A stretch of 63,723 nucleotides of DNA, the filler included, from Reclinomonas americana ATCC 50394 (taxonomy: Eukaryota), in NCBI GenBank assembly GCA_048213135.1. It is 15 parts of 15 records of this genome, joined end to end, with 100 filler letters (N's around TTAATTAATTAA, not from the genome) between each part and the next. Parts side by side here need not be neighbours in the genome. Positions count along the whole stretch, not along the records: positions 20,141 to 32,281 come from AFZH01018588.1; positions 32,382 to 35,857 come from AFZH01018589.1; positions 35,958 to 43,466 come from AFZH01018590.1; 12 more parts are not named here. The stretch is one strand, 5' to 3'. Position 1 is the first letter of the stretch. Each line of letters begins with the position of its first letter. The notes under the pieces were generated by a model that was not told where the DNA came from, did not search any database, and worked only from the letters and a program-made list of their open reading frames with translations. This document shows positions 24,901 to 37,827 of this stretch, in pieces. Both the position numbers and the translations under genes were made by a program.

Positions 24901-27900
24901 ATGACTCGCTGCGCCGCGCTGCTCAAGGTATGTGTCTCCTCTCCGCACAGTGCATCCTTGACTGGCGAGTGTGTCACTCTCAAACACCGTTGCTTCCTCG
25001 GTGGCAGATTTGCAGGCATGCACGGTGGTACCGTGGCACACACCCGAACCCGGTGACGGCAGCCGGCCAACATTCTCGGCCACTGCCTCGCCACACACGC
25101 CCGGTTTTTCGCGGTCATCGGCTATTGCGACTCCGTTTCTGACGCCAGCGTCGCGTTACTTGTCTGCACCTTCGGTGTGGTCGCATGGTCCACCGTCACC
25201 ACATCCGGCCACCGCTGGTCCTCCCTTGGCAATGTCCTCGCCTGCCGTCGCAGCGCAACCCCCCATGTCGGCCAGTCGACGAAATACTCCGGCCGACGTG
25301 GCCTCACCAGCGCCGCCGTCAGAGAGGCGAGTACTGCGCCTTGGCCATACATGACAGTGCATACTCACTTTCGCTCTGCAGACGGAGCTCTCGACGAGTC
25401 GAATCTCCGGCGCCCGAGTCGCGCAAATCACCGTCGTCGCGCAGAGACACCGAGTCGCCGTCGCGCAAGAGTGAACACAGTCGAAGCAGTCGCCGGCGCT
25501 CGCTGTCTGTGGGCGACAGGCACCCGCCAGCGCTACCTGTGTTGTCGGCGACCTCACCACCACCGGCACCACCGCCACCACTGCAGTCACATCCCGCAGC
25601 GCCCTCTCCGTCCACACGGTCGTCGCGACACGAGAGCGGCTACTTTTCAAGTCGTGATGTGCCACCACCGTCTGCGCAGCGCATTCCGGCATCGCTGACG
25701 GCGGATGAGATTGCCGAGCGGAGGGGCTCGCGGTCGAGTCGATCGCGTGCCGACGACGATTCGGCGTCGCGACACACTCGTTCACACGTGTCACCACCGA
25801 CTAGCGAACGGCACGCTCGCCGCTCGTCGTCCTCCTCACATCGTCATCGGCATGGCGACACCGGCGACGCCATTGACGACGGAGAGCATCGTCGCCAGCG
25901 CTCTATCGACTCGTCGCGTTCACGAGAACACCACCATCGGTCTTCGTCGTCGTCGTTGTCAGCACAGCACGAGCGGTCGTTCATGGCATCACCGGAATCG
26001 TATGACGACGGCAGCTCCAGTCGGCATCGTCGTGATCGAGATCACCGAGAGCGGGAACACAGGCGGTCAGCAAGCTCCATTTCCGACTCGCGTCGACACC
26101 GTGACGGTCAGTCCAGCGATCGCACACGGCCCATGTCGGTGTCGTCGGAGACGCGGCGAACAGACGACGATGTGTCATACACACAGTCACCTGCTCTGTC
26201 GTCGTCGTCGCCCCGTCGCCGGTCATCGCCAGGCTCCGTGCGCAGCAGTAGCCGCCACCACCACCACCACCAGTATGATGACGAGGACGAGAGACGCCAC
26301 AGGAGACCGTCGTCCCGGCACGGCGAGATGTCGAGTTCGCAACTGCCGCCGACACCGCTGACACCGATATCACCACCGCGTCGCAGTTCACGACCGGAGA
26401 TTGACCTGACACCGCTCACACGGAATCCGTCTTCCTCGACTGTGTCTTCCCAACATCGGCGGCGTGATGCAGACGTGCCGGAAGATAATGCGCCGTTGCC
26501 GCGGCGGCGGTCGTCGGTGAGCTCGCGCTCTAGCAGCCGTCGCGAGGAGGGCGACGACCGAGAGCGTCGGCATCGAGAAGACAGCAGGCGACCCTCATCT
26601 GCTGTGCCCGCGCCTGATCTGTCACCTCCACCGCCCTCCTCTTTGTCGTCCAGCCATCGACGACCGAGCAGCTCACGCGAGGCTCGCGAACTGCGTGAGG
26701 GCGATGAGGTGTCACCGCGGCGGGAGGAGCACCGTCATCGTCAGCACCGGAGCTCGTCGATCTCGTCGGCACACAGCAGCAGCATGCGTGCGGGTGTCAC
26801 CAGTCGAAGCACCGAGGAGGGCGTTCTCTCTCCGCACGACACCACTCCGTCGTCTCGAAGCCATCGACATCGCGACGGGCACAGCGTCAGCAGCAGCAGT
26901 CACCGACACCGACACGAGCACACGGACGCCGACGGCCGTGAGCGTCATCGCGAGGACCGCGAGCGTCGCCACCACCACCACCGCCACCATGACGAGCACG
27001 ACTATGAAGACAGCGATGAACGTCGCCACCGCCACCGGCACCACAGCCACTCGCTGTCCACGTGCGTTTTGCTTGTTTTATCACTTGAGCGCCCTTGTGT
27101 TTCCATTTTTGTCTGACATCGTTGCAGTGAGGTGGATGCACGCAGATACAGCACGATGAGCAGCAGCTCGCAGATTCCCATGGCTTCGTCGCCGTCTGCC
27201 TCTCACCACAGTCACGCATCGGCGTTCAGTCGCGAAGCCGGAGTGTCGCCATCAACGCCGTCCTCCTCGCTTCCGCCTACCACAACTGCGGCGACGGCGG
27301 CGGCGGCGGCCGCCGTACAGCGACGGAGTATCAGTGAAGGTGCCACACAGCCAGAACTGCTGCCGCAACATCGTGCGCGGAGTGCCAGCGCAGTGTCAAT
27401 GTCGTCGGCGCATGCCTCCTCCTCTGGTGGTGCTGCTGCTGCTGCCGGTGCTCCGCCGGTGTTTATGAAGCCGCCACTGGAAACCACTGGCACCATTCGC
27501 AGTTTCTCTGCGCACACAGCCTCTGCCGCTGTCTTGTCGAATGCTGACTTGGATCGTGCAATTGCCGCCTCCAACACGCGTCCACTCGACTCGGACGTGA
27601 TGCCGCTGGTCGGCGGGCGGCCGCGCTCATCGTCCATGTCGTCGCGGTCTACCACCCAGACTCGTGAATCCAGTATGGCCGTCTCTTCGCTATCGTCACG
27701 GCAGGAATCCAGCGCATCCGTGCAGCGCTCGGTGCACGGCGAGATGCGTGAGTCGTCCAGTCGCGCCAGCAGCGCCATGTCGCCACCGGTGGACTTGGAT
27801 CGGGATCCACGACGACACGATGGTCGCAGCAGTGCGCGTAGCTCGCAGGATGTGGTGCATCGGAGCCACTCTGCGCGCAGTGTGTCCTCGCTGTCGCAGC

Positions 27901-29167
27901 ACGCCGACGACCGTACAGTTGTGTGGACTGTGGTGTGTTTCGCTTCACCTGCATTGTTGTTGACATACTCATACTGACTATCTCACAGCCTCTTCCGTCG
28001 GCACATTCGTCGTCAACGTCCACGACAGCGGCGGCGCGCTTGAGCTCGCGTTCACAGCCAATGACTGCCACTGATGGAGGCAGCACTGCTGACTTTTCGC
28101 AATCTGCGGCTGGGGGGCGACCTGTCTCACTCTCCGTGGCTTCGTCGGCGGCATCGTCGTCATCGCAGCGGATCAACCAAGCGACAGACGACGCCGGGAG
28201 CTTTCGCTTGACGGTGACGCCACCGAGCTCGTTGCGGCGCAGCAAGTCAGCCTCGCGAGACAGATCACGCAGTCCAACGCTGACACCACCGGATCGGTAC
28301 TCGGCACCACACTCGCCATCGGCAGCCTCCGGCACGAGCATGCCCATGTCGGAATCGGCAGTGGCGACAGGAGATCGGCACCAGCCTTCGGGCTCACCGC
28401 CGCCGCTGTTGGACGGCAAGAGGCGACACAAGGGCGACAGTCATCACCGCTCACTGTCCATGTCGGCGGCGTCGGCCAGTCTTCCGTCAAGTCCCGGGTG
28501 GGACAACACTCGTTCTACTCCGAGCAACATGACTGGGGATTCGAGCAACTCGAGCAGAAACAGTTGCGCCGCCTCGCACGTTGACGAGTGACTCGGGTGA
28601 CACTTGGTCGGCTCACCGCCCCTTCTTCCTACACACAGCAACGCCGCAAGTCGTGGAGCAACTGCGCGAGGTGCGACCGACGCCTGGCTTCTTGGAGACG
28701 ACACCAGCCAACAGTTCCAGCCAGACTTCGCCGACGGATCACCGCCTCGGCAGCGATAGCGACGCATCATTGGTGTATGGTTCGTGACTGTGTTTCGACG
28801 TGCGTGTGATTTTGCGTTTCCGTGTGAGGAGGACTGACACGCGTGATCGACAGCTCGCGAAAACAGCACCGTCTCACACCGCTCACTGTCGGGCATGTCG
28901 GAGAGCACGGGTACTGCAGATGGTGAGTGTCGAAGTGGCGTTGATTGCGAGAATAGAGCAACTCACCACGCCGGTTGCGCAGGGTGGTATCGAGGTGGTG
29001 ACAATAGCGACATGGAGATCGACTTGACGCCACTGGAGTCACCGATTCCACCTCGGCGACCCGACATTGTGCCGCCGTTGGGAGGCTCACGGCGACGGTC
29101 GTCGGCGGCTGCCTCGTCGGGATCGCATCACGGACACCGACGAAGTCAGTCGGCGCTCGACAAGTGA
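21950..29167 (+). CDS. Very large multi-exon protein with N-terminal coiled coils and a Ser/Arg/His-rich disordered region
   Basis: Heptad-like exons (LRQLERARD, LEQELRLL, LEEENRRLLEELK) splice in frame through roughly 15 introns. An S/R/H-rich exon lies at about 25380-27060. Start is uncertain. Confidence 0.6.
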
Positions 29168-29177
29168 CAGATTTATG

Positions 29178-29219
<42 letters not shown>

Positions 29220-29271
29220 AGACAAGAAGTAAGTAGTAAGTTTTGCAATCAAAATTGTTTTCGTTTATGTT

Positions 29272-32068
29272 TCACGGTGTCGACGACTGCCTTGCTTCTT
29301 CTCGCTTATCGTCTCCCTCATCGTCGTGCTCGTCGTCGCTGCTGGTTGGTGACGACGCCGACTCCGACTCTGACTCCGACGAGGAAGTAAGGGATTCGTT
29401 CAGCGCCTCGTTGTACACGCTCTTGACTGTCATTGGTCGACGCTCGTCCGAAACCACCAACACCACTGGCGATTCACAGAAGCCTTCGTCGTCCACAGTG
29501 GCGCGCAACAGATCGAGAACTGTCGCGGCGTGGGGAATTTCGAAACCATTGATGTCGCAAAACTGTTGTACGGCAAACCGACGTGCCAACTCGGCGGCGG
29601 TGGTCGAGCCGCGCACCTGCAGCGTGTTGTGCGAGTACGACGCAGGACCTGCGCAAGATGGAAAAGAAAGAAGTGATTGGCGATTTGTGCGTCACTCTCG
29701 CAAACAACAGTCACAGATGTGCTTCAGTACCTGCGTGGTGAACCACAGCCACGTCAATGTGGCGGAATTCGTCGTCTGTTGCCATGGCACTATCGGCCAC
29801 GAAAATCGCCCGGATTCGTTCCCGCGTTGACGCACGCGACAGTCGTCGCGGCGGCGGCGGCTCGTTTGCAGACTCTGCCCCGCCAACCAGACCGGCCCGC
29901 TCGTCCACATCCACCAGCGGTGACTCGTCAATGTCGGCGGCAAACAGACTGTCGTGCGCCACAAAATCCTCCACGCGCCTCTCGCCGTCGCTCTCCGACT
30001 CGTCGTCACCGTCGCTGTCGTCATCGTGCGCCTCAGCGCCATACAGTGGCACAATGTGTGGACCATTGTCCCAAACCACACCCAGAGGGCCCTGATCCTG
30101 CAGGTCACTCGGTCGCCGCTGCTGCAGCTGTCCGAGCATGCGGTCAATGGCGGCCACCGTGTGTCGACGAACCAGCGCCGGTTTCATGTGCATCGGCAGC
30201 GAGCGCCGAGTCAGCCAGTGACGCAGCGGTGGACGCGGCTCATTCGCCGCCGCCTCGCGCGCAACCTCTGCCTCGTGGTACTCGGCAGGAGTGTGTCGTC
30301 TGACGGGCTTGGGCATGGCGGAGACCTCGTCCAGCGTGGCTTGATTCAGCTCTCGCAGAAAGTACTCGGCTGGGCTGTACGTCCGTGCAGCTGGCGGCGG
30401 TGTTGGTGGTGGCGGTTGCGCAGCTTCTCTTGCTGCGGATGCTGTCGACTTGGCTGTCATCGCTGACGCCACAGAGGCCAGGGGCGAGTCTTGCATCGCG
30501 AAAGCTGCCGGCGTCGACTGATGGGCAGACAGTGGAGTGAGCACGAGCATGTCGGCAGGCAGCACCGTCGCGGTAGCCACTGGTGAGCGTGGCATGACGG
30601 CGTGCGAACTCATGCGATCGCCAATGCCTCCCAGTGACATGCTCGACATGGACGATGTCGACACTGGCGACAGACCACTCATCACTTCGCTCGTATGCTC
30701 GTCGCAGGTGGCCTCCTCACGAGCCCGCCGAACTGCCTCGGCGTGCTTGCGCGCTCGATCCTGCACTCCGCCGAAGAAATCGAAAGATAAGTTTTTCCAC
30801 TCCCCCCAAAAGCACAGAGTGTCATCTCGTGCACACGCAACTCGGGCCACTTGCTGTGTGACCGTGACAAAGTGTGATGACACTGTGGCCACCGGTAACG
30901 CAATCGAAAGGATACCCGCCAACACAATGACTCCTGTCAAAGCCTGCAACGCCGGTTGTGTCAGTCGGGGTGCACAAACAATCGAAGACCATCCAGAGAA
31001 TGAAAAGACGCAACTCGACCAGCGTAGGACAGTGCATAAATGTCACCGTAGCCGACCGTCATAATGGTGGCGAGGCACCACCAGATCGCGGCCGGAATCG
31101 AAGAGAACAGTGACTTGCTGCACTTGGTGGGCTCCCACGGCAGACAACTGACCCACGCGTGGACGCTTGTTCTGCTCGATCGACAGTGGACGCAAGAGTG
31201 AGCGCGCCATGCTTTCAACCCTTGGCCCCCTCTGTTGTGCACAAACAAAGCTCGCAACTCGTACGTTCCGCGCTCCACAGTCCACATCAGCGCCGAGCTG
31301 ATGAGACAGAGGACCACGAAGAAGAAGACGCCGACAATGATGCCGGGGGTGGCTCGCCGAACGACGCGCGTCACGTTGCGTGCCTGGCGGCCGAGGCCAA
31401 GACCGGCGTTGGCCAGCAGACGCACCACGCGAAGCACTCGGAGAACGCGCATCGATTCGAGCAGCACACCGAGGTCCGGCAGCAGGAAGCTCAAGTAGAA
31501 CGGCAGGATGGCACCGAGGTCGATGAGGTTGAGCGGCGACAGGAAGAAGCGGCACCTGTTGAAGGAGACCAGAGCGCGCAACACGTACTCGACGGAGAAC
31601 ACGGTGACGACGGAAATCTCCAGTCCCGAATGCTCTGCGCGCGTGTGTCATCAGTGAACGAGCCACACGCCATAGTGTGAGCAGTGATAACACACCATAG
31701 GCCAGCACATCGGCGACAGTCAGCGGCGGACCCATCGACGCCTGCAGCGCCTGCACCACAGCCAGCGTGATAAACGCGAACTGCGTCAGCGCGACCAAGC
31801 GCGCCAGCCATCGCAGACACCACCCCGAGACGCCATCGATGCGACTCGACTCCTCCTCATCATCCTCGTCGTCCTCCACCTCGCGTCGCCTCCTCTTGTT
31901 GATCACCGCATCCGAGTCCTCGTCCTCGAAATCCTCGGCCTCGTGACGCCGCTGACGCAGCTGCGCAAGTCGATCAAACTCGTTCTCTGGCGGCAGAGGT
32001 GGTGATTCACGCAGCACGCGATACAAGGCTCGTCGCCATCGGCTCAGCCGCGTGGAACACTCGGTCAT
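29272..32068 (-). CDS. Voltage-gated potassium channel (6TM, Kv-like)
   Basis: FSVEY, S3 NLIDLGAILPFY, S4 RVLRVLRVVRLL, FSSIPAAIWWCLATIMTVGYGD pore, S6 LAGILSIALPV. Long acidic C-terminal tail. Confidence 0.92.
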
Positions 32069-32142
32069 CTTCTCTCCGCACACGTCTCAAATAACGGCAA
32101 GTTCGTTGTGGTCGATGTCGACCTTTCCTCTGCAAAACTCAG

Positions 32143-32395
32143 ATGAAGGCCGGAGAGTTGCTCGAGCGCATCCGGCGGCTTGCGCAGGAGAACCACGCGC
32201 AGGAGGAGGAGGCACTGCTGGTGGTGGCGCTTGCACAATTCCCCGACGATGTTTCACTGAGAGTTGCGTGTGCAAGTCGCCNNNNNNNNNNNNNNNNNNN
32301 NNNNNNNNNNNNNNNNNNNNNNNNNTTAATTAATTAANNNNNNNNNNNNNNNNNNNNNNNNNNNNNNNNNNNNNNNNNNNNCGTACTCGTCGTCG

Positions 32396-32489
<94 letters not shown>

Positions 32490-33753
32490 GAACCTCCATT
32501 GTGTCGCTCGTGTCGCACCGGCCGCGTGTGGAGCAGTCGGCAGTGGGCCCACAGGCCGAGATACGCAAATCGCTGCTGGCCATGGATGAGGCGCTCGGAG
32601 GCGCGTCCCAGCTCGCCACCGTCGCCACCGTTCGAGAGTGGTGCCCGCGCCTGTTGAGCACACCCAGTGCGGCGTGGTTTGCGTCGTCGATGCAGACCGC
32701 TTTTGCGTACGGTGGGAGAGTGGAGGAGGCGCTGGAGTGGTGCTCGGTGATGTGTACGCTGGTGGAGCCGGTGCTCAGCGGATCTCCTCAACTGCGTCTG
32801 CGTCACGATGCGGCATTGTTGCAGCGTGCATTTCTGGCACATTTTGCCGGCCGAGACTGCTGGCAGGAGCTGCGACGGGTCGCCACGCGACTGCTCACTG
32901 CGGCCGCCACCGACGGCCACCTGACGCCAGCCGTGTGTGCCGTGGTGCCACGCGAACCACATTCTTCTGCCGTCGCAGGTGGCGAGGCCGCCTCGGTGCT
33001 GGCTGCTGGCGACGGCGATGCTCCGATGGCAGAGGGTAGTGGCGACTTGCTGTTGTCGACCAACGATGTGCGCAGTCTGGTGTTCTGTTGGTGTACACCA
33101 ACTGCCTTGTTGTTCCACGCCGTGTCGGCCCTGATTGGTGCCGCTCGCGAACGGCGCAACCACGCACAACTGGTATGCCGAGGAGGGGCGGCGGCACTCG
33201 ATCTCATCGTAGACGCTCAATACCTGCCTCGTGTTGTGCAGGCAATGCTGTGTCAATTTGCGTGGCCACAGTTCCAGAGCGACCTGGTCGACGCGCTGCC
33301 GAGTCTCATTGATGTCGACGACCCCGCGGTGTGGATTGCACAAATCTCAAGTTACGCATGAGCGTGCGCGGGGGCGTCTGCGCCTCCGAACGACAAGTGT
33401 TCTCACTGTCTGTGTTCGTGCTGCCAGACATCCAGGTGCTGGAGTTCATTCTCTGCCACGCCTCTGCGCCACCGCTGCGAAAACGCAGTCGTCGTGTGGA
33501 CAAGCTCGTGTCGTGCATCACGCGTGCCGTCCGTGGTCTGCCGGTGCGGAAGGCGGCGTCGGGCTCGGTCCGCATGGTCGTATCGCCAGAAACCAAGCCG
33601 CCTGCCACCAAACGCCAGCGCACCGGCACGCATAGTTCGGCGGCGGCTGCGGCCACGGCGCCCGCTGTTGCGGCAACGGCGGCGGCGGCCATGGATAGCT
33701 CGAGTGTCCATCCGTTTCTGGCACTACGCGCGTTTCTCGAGTCGGCAGTCTAG
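32143..33753 (+). CDS. INTS10: Integrator complex subunit 10-like protein spanning a gap
   Basis: N-terminus LLERIRRL..ALLVVALAQFPDDVSL and C-terminal RSLVFCWCT..QFAWP..SNIQVLEF resemble INTS10 as recalled; not searched. Confidence 0.5.
32399..32486. repeat. (TG)n microsatellite, intronic
   Basis: About 44 perfect TG units. Confidence 0.95.
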
Positions 33754-34119
33754 TGATACTAAGTGAATATGCATGCATGCGACAACGAACACAGAATCTG
33801 TGTCGACGTATTTGGTAATTATACAATTTACCCATCAGAAGGAACGAGGAAGAGGCAGGGAGAGAGAGAAAGGGACAGCTGCAGGAGCGGAGGAAGAGGG
33901 AGAGAAGGAAGACGCAAATCGTCAAATGGAGCGACACAATGCATTATTGTGGTCGTGGGCGCGCAACGGTCAAATTCAATCGCGAAATTTCTTGCAGACC
34001 GTTTGCGATTGTTTGTCACGCGGGAGCGCAGGTTCACTCGTTTTGTTTTCACTCACTCATACCAAACCACAACAATACCCACTCGCACACACACAGGAAG
34101 AAGGAAGCAGTGAAGAAAC

Positions 34120-36952
34120 ATGCGCGCCTTGTTGTGGACGGTCGCCCTGTGTGCGCTGATCGCACTCGTTGGTGCGTTGGCACGCATGATTTTTTACCAC
34201 CACCCGTCTCACTCTCCACACGCGCAGTGGCCCAGCCACCACCCGACTTTGGCTTTGACGGCCGTGCACACAAGCAGGGTGAGTGCGCGCGTGTGTGTGT
34301 GAGCGAGTGTGTTGATTGTGGAGATGATGATGATCAAGAGTGGAAAGTGTTTGGCGCGCATTGCAAAAATGACCGTTACGAAAAATCTGTGCACTCACCC
34401 TTCTTGTTTTCTGTTCGCAGCATGTCAAGTCGCCGACAGTGATCCCATCCCTGCCGATGCTGCCTTCTCGTGCCCGGCAGGAACCTACGTCTATCTTCTG
34501 TTGCGTCTCTTCTTCGACACTTGTGCGTGTATGTTTCGCGCCAAAAACTGGCGCAGTTTCTGCACGGTCCCCCTGTGTTCCTTGTTCTTGCGCGTCAGTG
34601 AGAAAAGCGTGGTGCACATGTCAGAGAGGGAGAGAGAGAGAGAAAGAGAGAGTGCAGGAGGCACTGTCTGTTTCCGAGTGTGGCGGGGGGCGCCATGGCG
34701 CGCAATCGTGTCTTTTCTGCGCACTCGTGCACTCACTCGAGCGTGGCTTGTGCGTGCAGGAACGCATTCTGGGGCCGCCGCGAGACTGCTCCGACCACGG
34801 CGTGCCCGACGCCGCCGGCTAACCTGTCGTCTCTGACGACCAACTCGCTGTGCATGGGCGCTGGCACCACGGTGATCAACGCCTACGCCACCCAGTGCCA
34901 CACCTCGCCGCCACTCGAGTCGTGCCCTGGCCTCAAGCCGTCTGTCAGCGTGCTCGGCCAGCCCAGCGACGACGAGGGCTCACCGGTGAGTGCACACTCT
35001 ATAATTTTTTCAATCGTCGTGTGCCCGTTACAACTTTTGGTGGTTGGCTCACTTTCCCTCTCGCTCTACGCACTTGCAGTGCTCGTCGGTCTACAAGTAC
35101 CTCGAGCTCACCTGGTACTGCGTCCCCAACAACTGCAGCGGCCACGGCAAGTTCGCCACTGGCGGTCTGTCGGGCAACGGCAACGCGCCTTGCATCTGCG
35201 ACCCGGGCTTCTCGGGCGACAATTGCGAGATCACCCCGTGCCTCACCTCGGGCCCGAACAAGAACTGCTTCAATGGCATGTGCGGTGCTGATGGCATCAC
35301 TTGCGAGTGCAGCGCCGGTGTGTTGTCGTTGTGTTTGATTTTTTCGCGCCTCCCTTCCTTGGTGACTCACTGAGTGGCTTCCGCGTGTAGGCTGGGGCGG
35401 CAGCACCTGCGAGTGCAACCAGAACGACTGCAACTTTGGCACCAGCCAGGGTCAGTGCAATGCGGACAAGGTCAACGAGTGCATCTGCAACAGTGGCTTT
35501 GGCGGTGCCGACTGCGGCTGCGCGCGCAACGACTGCGGTCTGGCGCTGAGCCGTGGCGACTGCAAGGCCGACGGTACCAATGGCGAGTGCCAGTGCGACG
35601 CTCTCTTTGGCGGAGCCGACTGCTCGTGCCGCCAGTCGGACTGCACGCTGTCGACCGCCACGTCGGGCTCGTGCAAGAGCGACTCGACCACTCAGGAGTG
35701 CACCTGCGAGGCCGGCTACACTGGTGCCGACTGCCGCTGCAACCTGGCCAACGACTGCAGCGCTCCGCTCGGTCAGGGCAGCTGCACTGCTAGCGGCACC
35801 GACGGTGCTTGCACTTGCAACAGCGGCTTCGGTGGCACCACCTGCGCCTGCAGCAACNNNNNNNNNNNNNNNNNNNNNNNNNNNNNNNNNNNNNNNNNNN
35901 NTTAATTAATTAANNNNNNNNNNNNNNNNNNNNNNNNNNNNNNNNNNNNNNNNNNNNCCGGTACCTGCAACCCCGTTGCTGGCGACAGCATCCCGCTGTG
36001 CATCTGCAACACTGGCGACGGCTTCAACGGCCCGAACTGCGAGTGCCTCAACTCGCGCGCCGAGAACGGCTGCAACGGCAACGGTCTCTGCCAGGCTGCC
36101 TACTTTGACCACCGCGGCGTCAGCGGCGACACCACTCTCTGCAACTGCGACAGCGGCTTCAACGGTGTCTTCTGCCAGTACTCGGACGAGGTCACTTGCA
36201 ATGGCAACGGTACCGCCAACTTTGACGGCTCGTGCACCTGCAACGATCACTGGACCGGCAACAACTGCGAGCAGTGCACGCCGACCTACTACCCGAAGCC
36301 CGAGCTCATGGATCTCGGCGCTGGTGCCGACTCGACGTTCTGCATCAACGAGTGCATCGACAACGAGAACAACCCGCTGCCGGGCGGTGCTGACAACACT
36401 GGCGCGAACACTTGCAACGGCCACGGCCTTTGCGGTGGCCAGGGCACTTGCACTTGCGACCTCGGCCCGCCGCTGAGCTGGACCAACGACGACACCGCTT
36501 TTGCCACCAATGGCGATTGCGATGCTCGTTTCCAGATCATCTGCGAGAACACCGCCGACCCGATCTCCTGCCCGCTCGGCGAGGCCATCGACATCCTGCA
36601 CGCCACCTGGGGTGCCGGCACCAACAACTCGATCTTCCGTGCTGTGGCCACCTCCAAGTGCGGTGCCAACGTGCAGGCCAACTGCAACGGCTACAGCGAT
36701 GCCGACAACATCAAGAACTTCACCAGCGCTCTGTGCGAGTTCGACATTTGCACCCCCGGCCTGGTGTGCTCGTACAACTTCTCGCGCGATTCGCTTCTCG
36801 ACTTCACGTTCCAGCTTCCGCCTAGCTTCCTGGCTCCGTGCTACTCGGGTTGCGTCTCAAGTTTTCCCCTGTGTTTGACTTTTACCGAGCCTGCTTACTG
36901 ATTGTCTGTTGTTTTACGCAGCCGCTCCGGTCTACGGCGAGGTCATCTACAG
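34120..36952 (+). CDS. Secreted or surface protein with SUEL (Gal/Rha-binding lectin)-like domains flanking many EGF-like repeats; 3' end uncertain
   Basis: Signal peptide MRALLWTVALCALIALV; FSCPAGTYVYLL|NAFWGR..YKYLELTWYC; repeats of CSGHG..CxCDPGFSGDNC type; second lectin-like domain CENTADPISCPLGEAIDILHATWG. Confidence 0.8.
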
Positions 36953-37827
36953 GTGCACGCCGACCTCGTGCCCCGTCTAAGAAAAAAAGATCAGGATTGA
37001 GGCGTGTCGAGTGACGGCCGTGAGTTGATGCCGATTTGCGCCGATGAGTCGTACGTCGTCTGTGGCCATTCTGCTGTGCCAGCTGCCACCTATTTCGCAT
37101 TTTCGTGTTACTGTGTGCGAAAGGCGGTGGGTGGCTGTCGCGCAGTGGCCTGTTGGACTGGCGTATTTCTTTCTGCGTGGCATTTCTCTCGTTGCTGTTT
37201 CTCTGCGTCTCTGATTGACGACAACCCTACAGATTTTCCTCCTCTACTCCCTCGTGATTGTCTTCTTCCTGCCCTCTTTTTTCTTGCTCTTCCTTTCTAA
37301 CTCTCCCCCTATTCCTGTGTGTGTGTGTGGTTGCCATGGGCCCCCTTGCGACGTTGTACGAAAAAGAAGGAACCCTGGCAACTTTTGTGTGTACCAGCTG
37401 AGGCATATTGTAATGCATCAACGAATTCTCCCTATACGTGCCGCTGTGTGCAGAGAGAAGGAGAAGAAGAAAAAGCAACAACAAAGGACGTCGACTTGAC
37501 AAAAGTTCAATTTCGTTTAGAGAGAGATTAAAGGTGAGCGATCCGGCACGCACACACTCTGCGCATGTGCTCGTGCCCCACTTGTCGTAGTCGTTGTGTG
37601 CACGCGTGTTCATGTACACAGCGAGTGGCGGACGAGTGATTGTCAGCACGCGCGCGCGAGAGAGAGAGAGCTAGTGTGATCCGTTGCACCAGCACGCGTG
37701 TCTGTGTGATGTGTTGTGCGTGTTTTGCGCGCGCTCCTGCACACTTGCACGCACACAAGCTTTGATCGTCGAGTGTGCGCACACAGGAGAGTCTGACACG
37801 TGTGTGTGTGCGTGCGTGCGTGCAGCA

